The position numbers and the translations under genes are program-made. A stretch of 45,060 bases of DNA, from sequence record DRR723986_5353; one strand, written 5' to 3'. The stretch's first letter is position 1. Every line of letters starts with the position of its first letter. The notes under the pieces were generated by a model, which saw only the letters and a program-made list of their open reading frames with translations, did not search any database and had not been told where the DNA came from. Positions 8,604 through 18,191 of the stretch are shown here, in pieces.

Positions 8604-9866
8604 ATGTTTGACAGCAACATGACCATCGAAGGCTTTGACGACGAGCTCTTCGCCGCCATTCGGGATGAAGAGCGCCGGCAGGAAGAGCATATCGAGCTGA
8701 TTGCCTCGGAAAATTACGCCAGCCCACGGGTAATGGAAGCCCAGGGCGGCTTGATGACCAACAAATACGCGGAAGGTTATCCCGGCAAGCGCTATTACGG
8801 TGGCTGCGAGTACGTCGACAAGGCGGAGGAGCTGGCGATTGAGCGGGTCAAGGCCCTGTTTGGTGCCGATTACGCCAACGTGCAGCCGCACTCGGGTTCC
8901 CAGGCTAACTCTGCTGTCTTCCAGGCGCTGGTGAACCCGGGCGATACGGTCATGGGCATGAGTCTCGCTGACGGTGGCCACCTCACGCACGGCGCCAAGG
9001 TGAATTTCTCCGGCAAGATGTACCACGCGGTGCAGTACGGCATTAATCACGATACCGGCGAGCTGGATTACGACGAAATCGAGGCCATGGCCCTGGAGCA
9101 CAAGCCGAAAATGCTCATCGCCGGGTTTTCCGCCTATAGCCGGGTGATGGACTGGGCCCGCTTCCGCGAGATCGCCGACAAGGTAGGGGCTTACTTCCTG
9201 GTCGATATGGCTCACGTGGCCGGCCTGGTCGCCGCCGGGGTCTACCCCAATCCGGTGCCCCATGCAGACGTTGTTACCTCTACGACTCACAAGACCCTGC
9301 GCGGCCCGCGGGGCGGCATTATCCTGGCCCGTGCCAACGAAGAACTGGAGAAGAAGTTCAACTCGGCGGTATTCCCGGGCGGGCAGGGCGGCCCCCTGAT
9401 GCACGTGATTGCTGCCAAGGCGGTCAGCTTCCTCGAGGCCCAGAGCCCGGATTTTGTCGATTACCAGAAGCAGGTCGTTGCCAATGCCCAGGCTATGGCG
9501 GCTACCTTTGTGCAGCGTGGGATCAATATCGTATCGGGCGGGACCGACAACCACCTGATGCTGGTCGACCTGATTGGCAAGCCCTACACCGGTAAGGACG
9601 CCGACGCCGCACTCGGCTCTGCCAATATCACGGTGAACAAGAACGCCGTTCCCAACGATCCACGTTCGCCGTTTGTCACCTCAGGCCTGCGGGTTGGTAC
9701 CCCGGCCATCACCACCCGCGGCTTCGGGGAAGCCGAGACCATCGAGCTGACCGGCTGGATGTGTGATGTGCTGGAGAGCCTGGAAGCCGATAACGCGGAT
9801 GCGGTAATCGCCGATACCAAGCAGAAAGTCCTCGAGATCTGCGCCCGGTTCCCGGTTTACCGCTAA
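8604..9866 (+). CDS. glyA: Serine hydroxymethyltransferase
   Basis: [25 protein letters not shown] lysine motif [12 protein letters not shown]; start at MFDSNM after GGGGA. Confidence 0.98.
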   Translation: MFDSNMTIEGFDDELFAAIRDEERRQEEHIELIASENYASPRVMEAQGGLMTNKYAEGYPGKRYYGGCEYVDKAEELAIERVKALFGADYANVQPHSGSQANSAVFQALVNPGDTVMGMSLADGGHLTHGAKVNFSGKMYHAVQYGINHDTGELDYDEIEAMALEHKPKMLIAGFSAYSRVMDWARFREIADKVGAYFLVDMAHVAGLVAAGVYPNPVPHADVVTSTTHKTLRGPRGGIILARANEELEKKFNSAVFPGGQGGPLMHVIAAKAVSFLEAQSPDFVDYQKQVVANAQAMAATFVQRGINIVSGGTDNHLMLVDLIGKPYTGKDADAALGSANITVNKNAVPNDPRSPFVTSGLRVGTPAITTRGFGEAETIELTGWMCDVLESLEADNADAVIADTKQKVLEICARFPVYR

Positions 9867-9876
9867 CTTGCCAGGT

Positions 9877-9909
9877 GCTGGGGTGTGTTGCTCGCCAAGA
9901 CACTCCGGC
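9877..9909 (+). terminator. Hairpin just downstream of glyA (terminator or mRNA-stabilising stem)
   Basis: GCTGGGGTGT...ACACTCCGGC pairs with two G-U wobbles on the + strand; no clear U-tract. Confidence 0.35.
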
Positions 9910-10009
9910 CTCACCTTAGACCAGGCCTATTTCGGCGCACCTTTGGTACCGCGATGGGAATCATGTCTTGGACGGGGCTGCCAGTGCTGTGCCACAGCTC
10001 CGGGCACCA

Positions 10010-10107
10010 TGGCTGCGGCAGGGGATCAGGACACGCCGTAGACCCATCCATGGGGGCTCGACGCCGGCATCCATGCCGGCGACGGTCCTGATCCCCTGCC
10101 ACAGCCA
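10010..10107. repeat. REP/MITE-like palindromic element: 23 bp outer arms enclosing two CATCCATG hairpins
   Basis: TGGCTGCGGCAGGGGATCAGGAC (10010-10032) versus GTCCTGATCCCCTGCCACAGCCA (10085-10107), 22 of 23 complementary; inner CCCAT-CC-ATGGG and CGCCGGCAT-CC-ATGCCGGCG. Confidence 0.75.
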
Positions 10108-10226
10108 ATGTGTCCTTACATCGCCGCTAGTGGGACCACCACCCCCAGTCATGGCCACTGCCCAGACGGGTGAATTCCCCCAATTTATGTTAAGGTTCAA
10201 AGGCTTAGCTCAAGGAAAACACAACG

Positions 10227-10721
10227 ATGCACTGTCCGTTCTGCGCTGCCGATGACACCAAGGTCATCGACTCCCGCCTGGTTGCCGAGGGTGACCAGGT
10301 GCGTCGTCGGCGTGAGTGCCTGGGCTGTAAGGAGCGCTTCACGACCTATGAAGTTGCCGAACTGGTTATGCCCCGGGTCATCAAGCAGGACGGCAGCCGC
10401 GAGCCATTCAACGAAGAGAAGCTGCGCGCGGGATTTCTGCGCGCTCTGGAAAAGCGTCCGGTCTCGGTAGAGGACATCGAGGCGGTGATCACCCATATCA
10501 AGCACGCCCTGCGGGCGACCGGCGAACGCGAGGTGAAATCCCTGGTGCTGGGAGAGCTGGTGATGGAGAACCTGAAGCAGCTGGACCAGGTGGCCTACGT
10601 CCGCTTCGCCTCGGTCTATCGCAGCTTTCAGGATATCGCCGAATTCCGCGATGCTATCGAGAGCCTGGAGGCCGAACCCGAACGGGCCAGGACTACCGTT
10701 ACCGAGGGCGAATCCGCCTGA
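10227..10721 (+). CDS. nrdR: Transcriptional repressor NrdR
   Basis: MHCPFC...VIDSR...[17 protein letters not shown] zinc ribbon, ATP cone, [10 protein letters not shown]. Confidence 0.98.
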   Translation: MHCPFCAADDTKVIDSRLVAEGDQVRRRRECLGCKERFTTYEVAELVMPRVIKQDGSREPFNEEKLRAGFLRALEKRPVSVEDIEAVITHIKHALRATGEREVKSLVLGELVMENLKQLDQVAYVRFASVYRSFQDIAEFRDAIESLEAEPERARTTVTEGESA

Positions 10722-10742
10722 GCCGCCCTGGCGGCACCCGCT

Positions 10743-11858
10743 ATGAGCACCGACACTGACACACGCATGATGGCTCGCGCCCTGCAACTGGCGCGGGACG
10801 GACAGTATTGGGCAGCGCCCAACCCGCACGTGGGCTGTGTACTGGAGCGTGATGGCGTCGTTATCGGTGAGGGTTTTACCCGGCCTGCCGGGGACAACCA
10901 CGCTGAGGTTGAGGCCCTCGCTGCAGCGGGGGAGGCAGATGGCGCCACCGCCTATGTGAGCCTGGAGCCCTGCAGTCACCAGGGCAAGACCGGCCCCTGT
11001 GCCGATGCGCTGATTGCGGCGGGGGTGAAGCGGGTAGTGGCGGCAATGGAGGATCCCAACCCGGAGGTGGCCGGCCGTGGGCTGGCGCGGCTGCGTGCGG
11101 CGGGCATCGAAACCCAGTGCGGCCTGCTGGAGAGCGAGGCGCGTGCCATTATCCCGGGTTTCATTGCCCGCATGACCCGTGGCCGGGGGCGGGTACGGGC
11201 CAAGCTGGCCATGTCGGTGGATGGGCGCACGGCCATGGCCTCCGGAGAGAGTCAGTGGATTACCGGGCCTGCGGCACGCGCCGATGTGCAGCGCCTGCGG
11301 GCGAGTAGTTGCGCCATTATTACCGGCGTAGGTACGGTGCTGGCAGACGATTGCGCCCTGACCGTGCGCGCGGATCAGTTGGGGCTGGCTGGTGACCACT
11401 TACAGCGCGCGCTGGTGCGTAAACCCCTGCGCGTGGTGCTGGACAGTCAGCTGAAAACCCCCGCGAACGCCCGGGTGCTGTCCGGAGAGGCCCCGACCCT
11501 GATGGCGCATGGGCCCGACGCGGAGCCTGCCTACCCCGGGGGGGTGCAAACCCTGGCGCTGGCGCACAACGAAGCTGGGCTGGACCTCCACGCACTGATG
11601 GCAGCCCTGGCGGACCGGCAATGCAATGAAATTCTGGTAGAATCTGGCCCCCGTTTGGCGGGGGCGCTGTTACAGGCCGGTTTGCTGGACGAATTGATTA
11701 TCTATATGGCGCCCTGTCTGCTGGGTGACCAGGCCCGGCCGCTGCTGGCGCTGCCCCTCGTTTCCATGGAGCAGAAGCTGTCACTGGTCATGGCCGATGC
11801 CCGCCGGGTGGGCGACGACTGGCGGTTTACCTTCACGCCGGGCAACAGGGATTCGTAG
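10743..11858 (+). CDS. ribD: Bifunctional pyrimidine deaminase/reductase RibD
   Basis: PNPHVGC, HAE, LEPCSHQGKTGPC, KLAMSVDGRTA, GESQWITG. Confidence 0.97.
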   Translation: MSTDTDTRMMARALQLARDGQYWAAPNPHVGCVLERDGVVIGEGFTRPAGDNHAEVEALAAAGEADGATAYVSLEPCSHQGKTGPCADALIAAGVKRVVAAMEDPNPEVAGRGLARLRAAGIETQCGLLESEARAIIPGFIARMTRGRGRVRAKLAMSVDGRTAMASGESQWITGPAARADVQRLRASSCAIITGVGTVLADDCALTVRADQLGLAGDHLQRALVRKPLRVVLDSQLKTPANARVLSGEAPTLMAHGPDAEPAYPGGVQTLALAHNEAGLDLHALMAALADRQCNEILVESGPRLAGALLQAGLLDELIIYMAPCLLGDQARPLLALPLVSMEQKLSLVMADARRVGDDWRFTFTPGNRDS

Positions 11859-11867
11859 AGGACAGTA

Positions 11868-12530
11868 ATGTTCACAGGGATTATTCAGGCAGTTGGCGAG
11901 ATCGCGGCGATGGAACCCCGGGGCGGGGACCTGCGTCTGCGCATTCGCACCGGCAAGCTGCCCCTGGACGACGTGGCCCTGGGTGACAGCATTGCCACCA
12001 ATGGTGTGTGCCTGACGGTGACCGACTTACCGGGCGATGGTTTTTGGGCCGATGTCTCCGTGGAGACCCTGGACTTCACGACCCTCGGCGCACTGCAAAC
12101 CGGGGCGCGGGTCAACCTTGAGAAATCGCTGACCCCGGAAAGCCGCCTCGGCGGCCATATCGTTAGCGGCCACGTGGACGGGGTTGGCGAGGTCGTGAGT
12201 ATGGCGCAGGATGCTCGTTCCTGGCGCTTCGTACTGCGCGCACCGGACCAGCTTGCCCGCTACATCGCCCACAAGGGCAGTATCTGTATCGACGGGACCA
12301 GCCTGACCGTGAATGCGGTGGACGGCGCCGAGTTCGACCTGAACATTATTCCGCAAACCATGGCCGAAACCGTATTCGGCGATTACCGGCCGGGCACCCG
12401 GGTGAACCTGGAGGTGGACGTTATCGCTCGTTACCTGGAGCGCCTGGTGCTGGGGGATGCCGCGGCCCTGCCAGGCAAGCAGGGCGTTTCCCTGCAGACC
12501 CTGGCCGATAACGGTTACCTGCGCGACTGA
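11868..12530 (+). CDS. ribE: Riboflavin synthase (alpha chain; RibC in E. coli nomenclature)
   Basis: MFTGII start, GDSIATNGVCLTV, GGHIVSGHVDG, KGSICIDGTSLTVN. Confidence 0.98.
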   Translation: MFTGIIQAVGEIAAMEPRGGDLRLRIRTGKLPLDDVALGDSIATNGVCLTVTDLPGDGFWADVSVETLDFTTLGALQTGARVNLEKSLTPESRLGGHIVSGHVDGVGEVVSMAQDARSWRFVLRAPDQLARYIAHKGSICIDGTSLTVNAVDGAEFDLNIIPQTMAETVFGDYRPGTRVNLEVDVIARYLERLVLGDAAALPGKQGVSLQTLADNGYLRD

Positions 12531-12549
12531 TTGGCTGAGACGAGAGATT

Positions 12550-13659
12550 ATGCAAGTCAACACGGTAGACGAACTGATCAGCGATATCCGCCAGGGCAAG
12601 ATGGTGGTTTTGCTGGACGATGACGCCGAGAGCCACAACGAGGGTGTGGTTATGGTGGCTGCGGAGCATTGCGACGCCAACCATGTCAACTTCATGGCGC
12701 GCCAGGCTCGCGGGCTGGTCTGCCTCGCGCTGACCGAGGAGCGTTGCCGGCAGCTCAACCTGCCGCCCATGGTGGAAGGCGCCCACGGCGAAAAATCCAA
12801 CTTCACCCTGTCCATCGAGGCGGCCGAAGGAATCGATACCGGAATTTCCGCGGCGGACCGCGCGCGCACCGTGGCGGCGGCAGTCGCTCCGCATGCCCAG
12901 CCGGCGGATATTGTCCAGCCGGGGCACATTTTCCCGCTTACCGTGATGCCTGGCGGGGTCCTGATCCGGGCCGGGCACACGGAGGCTGCTTCCGATTATG
13001 CGCGGCTCGCGGGCCTGCTGCCGTCTGCCGTTATCGCCGATATCCTTACTCCCGAGGGAGTCCTTGCCGACGGCCCAGCGCTGGTGGAATTTGCGGCGCG
13101 CAACCAGCTCAAGATCGGCACTATTGCCGACCTGATCCACTTCCGGCTGGTAAATGAACGTACTATCCGGCGCATCCGCGAGGGGGATATCAGCACCAGC
13201 TATGGCGATTTCCGCCTCATGGCCTACCGTGACCAGACCGCGGGTGACGTCCACCTCGCGCTGACCCTCGGCGAGATTCGGGCTGACCAGCCCACGCTGG
13301 TCAGGGTGCATGTGAAAGCCGCAGTGCGCGACCTGCTTGGCAACCAATTGCCCGGGCGGCCGTCCTGGGACCTGCAAAGCTGCCTGCGCCAGATTGCCGA
13401 GGCGGGCAAGGGCGTTGTCGTGTTGCTGGCCAGGGAGGAGGGCGCTGAGCAGCTTCTCGCGAGCGTCGATATGGCGCTGGGTAACGAGCCGGCACCGGGC
13501 CTGTTGCCGCCGGATACGTATACGACGGTCGGCCTGGGGTCGCAGATATTGCGCGACCTGGGGGTGGGAAAAATCCACCTGATGGGCGCGCCCATCAAGT
13601 ACAATGCGATTTCCGGGTTTGACCTGGAAGTAGAAGAATTTGTTGAGCCCCGGGCCTAG
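12550..13659 (+). CDS. ribBX: RibBX-type fusion (DHBP synthase domain + GTP cyclohydrolase II-like domain); both active sites look degenerate
   Basis: TGISAADRART, PGHIFPL, RAGHTEA of RibB present, but RENEGD is replaced by SHNEGV and ICE by IAD; C-terminal VRVH domain lacks the zinc cysteines. Confidence 0.9.
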   Translation: MQVNTVDELISDIRQGKMVVLLDDDAESHNEGVVMVAAEHCDANHVNFMARQARGLVCLALTEERCRQLNLPPMVEGAHGEKSNFTLSIEAAEGIDTGISAADRARTVAAAVAPHAQPADIVQPGHIFPLTVMPGGVLIRAGHTEAASDYARLAGLLPSAVIADILTPEGVLADGPALVEFAARNQLKIGTIADLIHFRLVNERTIRRIREGDISTSYGDFRLMAYRDQTAGDVHLALTLGEIRADQPTLVRVHVKAAVRDLLGNQLPGRPSWDLQSCLRQIAEAGKGVVVLLAREEGAEQLLASVDMALGNEPAPGLLPPDTYTTVGLGSQILRDLGVGKIHLMGAPIKYNAISGFDLEVEEFVEPRA

Positions 13660-13788
13660 AGCCATCGGGGTGGTGGTGTTTGTGTCGGGCTTTTGTGGCC
13701 TGGACCGGACGCCATGGCAACGCGGCAGCGGCTATCGACCGCCCCCCGTTGAAATGTTGAGCGAAAAACAGCAAGCCAAGGAATTGCT

Positions 13789-14262
13789 ATGACTGATATT
13801 AAAACGATTGAAGGTGACCTGACCGGCGGTAAGGGCAGTTTCGCGCTGGTCGTGGGCCGTTGGAACAGCTTCGTCGTGGAGCACCTGTTGGAGGGTGCGA
13901 TCGACACGCTGCGCCGGCACGGCATTGCCGACAAACAGTTGACCATCGTGCGTGCCCCGGGCGCGTTCGAGATACCCCTGGTCTGCCGGCAACTGGCGGA
14001 GAAGGGTGGCTATGACGCCATTGTCGCCCTGGGCGCGGTGATTCGCGGCGGTACTCCGCATTTCGAGCATGTCGCCGGTGAATGCACCAAGGGGATTGCC
14101 CAGGTAAGCATGCAATACGGAATCCCGGTGGCCTTCGGCGTACTCACCGTCGATTCTATCGAGCAGGCCATCGAGCGCTCCGGCACCAAGGCCGGCAACA
14201 AGGGCGCGGAGGCGGCCATGTCAGCGCTGGAAATGGTCAGCCTGCTCGGCAAGATCGGCTAA
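13789..14262 (+). CDS. ribH: 6,7-dimethyl-8-ribityllumazine synthase
   Basis: [33 protein letters not shown]. Confidence 0.98.
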   Translation: MTDIKTIEGDLTGGKGSFALVVGRWNSFVVEHLLEGAIDTLRRHGIADKQLTIVRAPGAFEIPLVCRQLAEKGGYDAIVALGAVIRGGTPHFEHVAGECTKGIAQVSMQYGIPVAFGVLTVDSIEQAIERSGTKAGNKGAEAAMSALEMVSLLGKIG

Positions 14263-14715
14263 ATGAGCAAAGCGGGTCACAATACGCTCGCGGCCGAGCG
14301 GCGCAAGGCCCGGCACTACGGTATGCAGGCCCTGTACCAATGGGAAATGGCGGGAGCCAACCTGACGGCGATCGAAGCGGAGTTTCGGGCCGACTACGAC
14401 TTCGCCCATGTCGACCTGGAATACTTTCAGGCGTTGCTGCACGGTATCCCACCGCTTGTGGATGAACTCGAGGCGATCTTCGAGCCCTTGCTGGACCGCA
14501 AGATTGATGACCTCGACCCCATCGAGCGGACCTTGCTGCGCATGGGGGTGTTCGAACTGCGTGAGCGGATCGACGTGCCCTACAAGGTTGTGATCAACGA
14601 GGCTGTGTCCCTGGCGAAGAAGTTCGGGGCGACAGATAGCCACAAGTACATCAATGGGGTGCTCGATAAGGCCGCGCGCCAGCTGCGTCAGGCCGAGATT
14701 GCCGCCGCGTCCTGA
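14263..14715 (+). CDS. nusB: Transcription antitermination factor NusB
   Basis: RRKAR...QALYQW, VPYKVVINEAV, KYINGVLD. Confidence 0.98.
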   Translation: MSKAGHNTLAAERRKARHYGMQALYQWEMAGANLTAIEAEFRADYDFAHVDLEYFQALLHGIPPLVDELEAIFEPLLDRKIDDLDPIERTLLRMGVFELRERIDVPYKVVINEAVSLAKKFGATDSHKYINGVLDKAARQLRQAEIAAAS

Positions 14716-15638
14716 TGGCACTGGGCGAATTCGAACTCATCTATCGGTACTTTTCTTCTCTTGGCCGCGGCGACGGCGTGGCGCTGGGCGTAGGGGACGA
14801 TTGCGCGATTCTTGCCCTGTCCCCCGGCGAGCGGCTGGCTACCTCAGTCGATACGATGGTGTCGGGGGTGCACTTCCCGGCCGATGCTTTTCCTGAAGAT
14901 ATAGGCTTCCGAGCGGTCGCCGCGGCGGCCAGCGACCTCGCTGCAATGGGTGCCCGTCCGCTGGGGATGACCTTGGCGCTGACCCGCCCGGACACTGATG
15001 AGTTCTGGCTGCACGCCTTCAGCGAAGGGGTGGCGCAGGCTGTGAGGCAGATGACATTGCCGCTGGTCGGCGGCGATACCACCCGCGGCCCCCTGACCCT
15101 AAGCGTGCAGGTGATGGGCGCGCTACCGCAGGACGCCGCCCTGTTGAGATCCGGTGCTTCGCCGGGTGACCAACTTTGCGTTTCCGGCACCCTGGGGGAT
15201 GCCGCCGCAGGGCTCGCCTTCCTGGCGGGCGACTGGCAGCCCGCACCCGAGGCCGCCGAATTGCTGTCGCACCGATTCTATCGCCCGGAACCCAGGCTCG
15301 CTCTGGGCCAGAAACTGCTGGGGCGGGCTAGTGCAGCCATCGACGTGTCTGATGGTCTGCTCGCTGATGCCGGCCATATTGCCGCGGCAAGCGGGGTGCG
15401 TCTGCGGATTGAATCCGCCGCCGTACCGCTTTCGGCAGCGCTGCGTTCCTGTCCGGATCCGCAACGCGCATTGCGCTGGGCCCTGACTGGCGGTGATGAC
15501 TATGAGCTGTGCTTCTGCCTGCCAGAGGGGCTTGCGCTGCCGGAGGGCTGCAGCCGGATCGGCGAGGTTGTCACTGGCAGCGGTGTCGACTGCGACCTCA
15601 TTCCGGAGGGAGGCAGTGGCTTCCGCCATTTCTCCTGA
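14715..15638 (+). CDS. thiL: Thiamine-monophosphate kinase
   Basis: GEFELI, GVGDDCA, SDLAAMGA, GGDTTRG, IDVSDGL, GGDDYEL; TGATG overlap with nusB. Confidence 0.97.
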   Translation: MALGEFELIYRYFSSLGRGDGVALGVGDDCAILALSPGERLATSVDTMVSGVHFPADAFPEDIGFRAVAAAASDLAAMGARPLGMTLALTRPDTDEFWLHAFSEGVAQAVRQMTLPLVGGDTTRGPLTLSVQVMGALPQDAALLRSGASPGDQLCVSGTLGDAAAGLAFLAGDWQPAPEAAELLSHRFYRPEPRLALGQKLLGRASAAIDVSDGLLADAGHIAAASGVRLRIESAAVPLSAALRSCPDPQRALRWALTGGDDYELCFCLPEGLALPEGCSRIGEVVTGSGVDCDLIPEGGSGFRHFS

Positions 15639-15717
15639 GGCCCTGCCTCAATGGTTCGGATGACGCAGCGATAGTAACCCCTTACACTTAGCCAAGCGCC
15701 GCCGTGGAAGGGTTCGA

Positions 15718-16236
15718 ATGACCAGCAAGGCCGACAAGCCGCAACCCGGGAGCGATCGGGAGTTACGCATCCGTCCGACACCGTTTTCCAGCCTGCCGCA
15801 GTTCCTCGCCTTTGGATTTGGCAGCGGGCTGTCCCCAAAGGCTCCGGGCACGGCCGGGACACTGGCGGCGGTACCGATTTACTGGCTGCTCACAACTCTC
15901 GATCTGTGGTTGTACACCCTGGTGGTTATCGCCTGCATGTTCCTCGGCATTTATCTCTGCGGGGTCGCGAGCCGCCAGCTCAAGGTACATGATCATCCGG
16001 GTATCGTTTGGGATGAGTTCGTCGGTTTCTGGATAACCATGTGGGCGGTACCGGCCAGCCTGCCCTGGGTGGTGGCTGGATTTCTGGTATTCCGAGTGTT
16101 TGATATTGCCAAACCCTGGCCCATCAGCCTGCTGGACCGAAAGGTGAGTGGCGGCACCGGTATCATGATTGACGACGTGGTGGCGGGAATTTTTGCCTGC
16201 GCTACCTTGCACCTGGGCCTATGGCTGGGTAATTAA
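15718..16236 (+). CDS. pgpA: Phosphatidylglycerophosphatase A
   Basis: GFGSGLSPKAPGTAGT, HDHPGIVWDEFVG, FRVFDIAKPWPI, GIMIDD. Confidence 0.96.
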   Translation: MTSKADKPQPGSDRELRIRPTPFSSLPQFLAFGFGSGLSPKAPGTAGTLAAVPIYWLLTTLDLWLYTLVVIACMFLGIYLCGVASRQLKVHDHPGIVWDEFVGFWITMWAVPASLPWVVAGFLVFRVFDIAKPWPISLLDRKVSGGTGIMIDDVVAGIFACATLHLGLWLGN

Positions 16237-16238
16237 CC

Positions 16239-16880
16239 ATGCGCTTAACGATCACGACTCTACTTCTTCTCCTGGCCATCCTGGTATCGGGCGGGGCGGT
16301 AGCGAGCGATGTCGTGGTGGAGGCCTTGCTTCCCAATGGCGCGGTCCTGGAAATCGACGGGCGCCGTCATGTGGTCAAGGCGGGCCAAACCGTGGCCGAG
16401 GTGACTCTGGTAGCCGCTGATGCGAAGTCCGCTACCCTGGAGGTCAATGGTGAGCGGCGCGTGGTGGGTATCAGCCAGCGGGTCGGCGGCCATTTCCAGG
16501 CCCCGGAACGGCGTGAGGTCGCGATTCCCAGGGATGCGCTCAAGCAGTATCGGACCATTGCCACCATCAATGGGCGGCGGGTCGCGGTCATCGTTGATAC
16601 CGGTGCCAATACCGTGGCGATGAATACCACCCACGCCCGTGCCCTGGGTGTGGATTATGAAGCGGGGCTACCGGGAAAGATCGAGACTGCCGGCGGCATG
16701 GTGAACGCTTGGGTGGTGTCATTGGACAGCATCGACGTGGGCGGTATCCGGGTCGATACCGTGCAGGCAGCGGTTGCCGATGGCGATTTCCCGAGCACGA
16801 TACTGCTGGGGATGACCTACCTGGAACACGTGGATCTCATTGAAAACAATGGGGTTTTATCGTTGTCGCGGGTCTGGTGA
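16239..16880 (+). CDS. Secreted retropepsin-like clan AA aspartic protease (TIGR02281-type)
   Basis: Signal peptide, IVDTGA catalytic motif, ILLGMTYL. Confidence 0.88.
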   Translation: MRLTITTLLLLLAILVSGGAVASDVVVEALLPNGAVLEIDGRRHVVKAGQTVAEVTLVAADAKSATLEVNGERRVVGISQRVGGHFQAPERREVAIPRDALKQYRTIATINGRRVAVIVDTGANTVAMNTTHARALGVDYEAGLPGKIETAGGMVNAWVVSLDSIDVGGIRVDTVQAAVADGDFPSTILLGMTYLEHVDLIENNGVLSLSRVW

Positions 16881-16888
16881 GCCCGGTC

Positions 16889-17803
16889 TCAGTGGTCGCG
16901 ATTGACGATATAGCGAGCCAGGTCGCGCAGTTGGTCAGCGGATTCCCCGAAGTCTGAAAGCGCTTCCAGGGCTGCATCCAGCAAGCGCTGGGCTTCGGTT
17001 TTAGCGCCATCGAGCCCGAGCAGCCTGACATAGGTAGCCTTGTCTGCCGCCTCGTCCTTTCCCTGGGTTTTGCCCAATTGCTCAGTGGTGCCCTCGACAT
17101 CGAGGATATCGTCAACCACCTGGAAGGCGAGGCCGATGTGCTCGCCGAAGCGGTCCAGTGCACCCAGTTGCTCCTCGCTTGCATTGGCGGCGATCCCGCC
17201 GAGGGCGAGTGATGCCCGGATCAGGGCGCCGGTTTTGAGGGAGTGGAGCTCGCGAAGCTGCTCAAGGCTGAGCTCTTTGCCCTCGGATTCGATGTCCAGG
17301 GCCTGACCGCCGACCATGCCTGCGGCACCGGCGGCCGATGCGAGGACCTTGACCATGCGGATACGCTGCTCCGCGGTGAGGCCCGGCGCATCGGCAATCA
17401 GCTCAAACGCCCTGGCCTGCAGGGCATCACCCGCCAGGATGGCCATCGCCTCGCCGTAGACCACGTGGCAGCTGGGCTTGCCCCGGCGCATATCGTCGTC
17501 GTCCATGGCGGGGAGATCGTCGTGGATCAGGGAGTAGGTGTGAATTAGTTCGATGGCGGCGGCGATCGGTTCAGGGCTTAAACCGTACGCATTGGAGCTG
17601 GCTGAGATGGCGGCCGAACAGCAGAGCACACCACGAATGTACTTCCCACCGCCGCTTATAGAATAGCTGGTAGCTTCGCCTAAAGAAGATGCGGCTTGGG
17701 GCGCAGCAGGGTCTGATACCGAGGCAGGATAGGCATTTTCACCGAGTAGCGAGTGTAGAAGGTTCTTCTTTAGTCGAACGTTCTCTAGAAAATCAGTCGT
17801 CAT
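16889..17803 (-). CDS. ispA: Farnesyl diphosphate synthase (geranyltranstransferase)
   Basis: FARM IHDDLPAMDDDDMRRG with Tyr five residues upstream, GMVGGQALD, KTGAL, SARM FQVVDDILD; divergent N-terminus. Confidence 0.95.
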   Translation of the reverse strand: MTTDFLENVRLKKNLLHSLLGENAYPASVSDPAAPQAASSLGEATSYSISGGGKYIRGVLCCSAAISASSNAYGLSPEPIAAAIELIHTYSLIHDDLPAMDDDDMRRGKPSCHVVYGEAMAILAGDALQARAFELIADAPGLTAEQRIRMVKVLASAAGAAGMVGGQALDIESEGKELSLEQLRELHSLKTGALIRASLALGGIAANASEEQLGALDRFGEHIGLAFQVVDDILDVEGTTEQLGKTQGKDEAADKATYVRLLGLDGAKTEAQRLLDAALEALSDFGESADQLRDLARYIVNRDH

Positions 17804-18039
17804 TCATCGCTTTTCTCGATGAAATCTCGGCTTTCGATTTCACCATCAGATATAATTAATGCGTTGACCTTGTGCTCAGCATCACTCAAAATTTGCTGCG
17901 CCTCCCTCGTCAGCTTAATCCCATATTCAAACGCATTAACTGAATCCTGAAGTGACGACTTCTCGTGTTCAATCGAATCGATTATCGCTCGAATCTCCGC
18001 GAAAGTGCCTTCTAAATCTAACTTTGTTGCTTCAGCCAT
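17800..18039 (-). CDS. xseB: Exodeoxyribonuclease VII small subunit
   Basis: 79 aa, SLQDSVNAFEYGIKLTREAQQILSDAEHKV matches the XseB pattern; ATGA overlap with ispA; start at MAEATK. Confidence 0.88.
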   Translation of the reverse strand: MAEATKLDLEGTFAEIRAIIDSIEHEKSSLQDSVNAFEYGIKLTREAQQILSDAEHKVNALIISDGEIESRDFIEKSDE

Positions 18040-18191
18040 TTTCCATAGTTCCAATGCGGTTTAAAGCCGTGCTGCAGATCTTCAATCAAGCTCTTGGAGA
18101 GCCGTCAGTATCCAGCGGGATCACAGGCGATTCAAGAGCTGGCCACGCATGTTGCCACTCCCTGTGGACAGTGTAGAGCAAGCGACCCTTA

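Noticed and set aside
8583-9554. Long antisense ORFs (323 aa opposite glyA; also 10197-11399, 12421-13665, 4400-5197, 37485-38300)
   Set aside because: Shadow frames of GC-rich, well-conserved genes; no recognisable motifs.
9885-10255. Four short ORFs between glyA and nrdR
   Set aside because: They arise from the GC-rich palindromic element and have no protein-like features.
9867-13788. FMN riboswitch upstream of rib genes
   Set aside because: No RFN hallmarks (AGGGCGGGGTGAAATTCCC...CCGAC) in the intergenic regions; a short GGGTGAATTCCCC near 10168-10180 lacks the rest of the aptamer. An Rfam scan would settle it.
6518-16880. Two retropepsin-like DTGA proteases as one system or a retroelement relic
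   Set aside because: Different common bacterial families in separate contexts; no reverse transcriptase or integrase.
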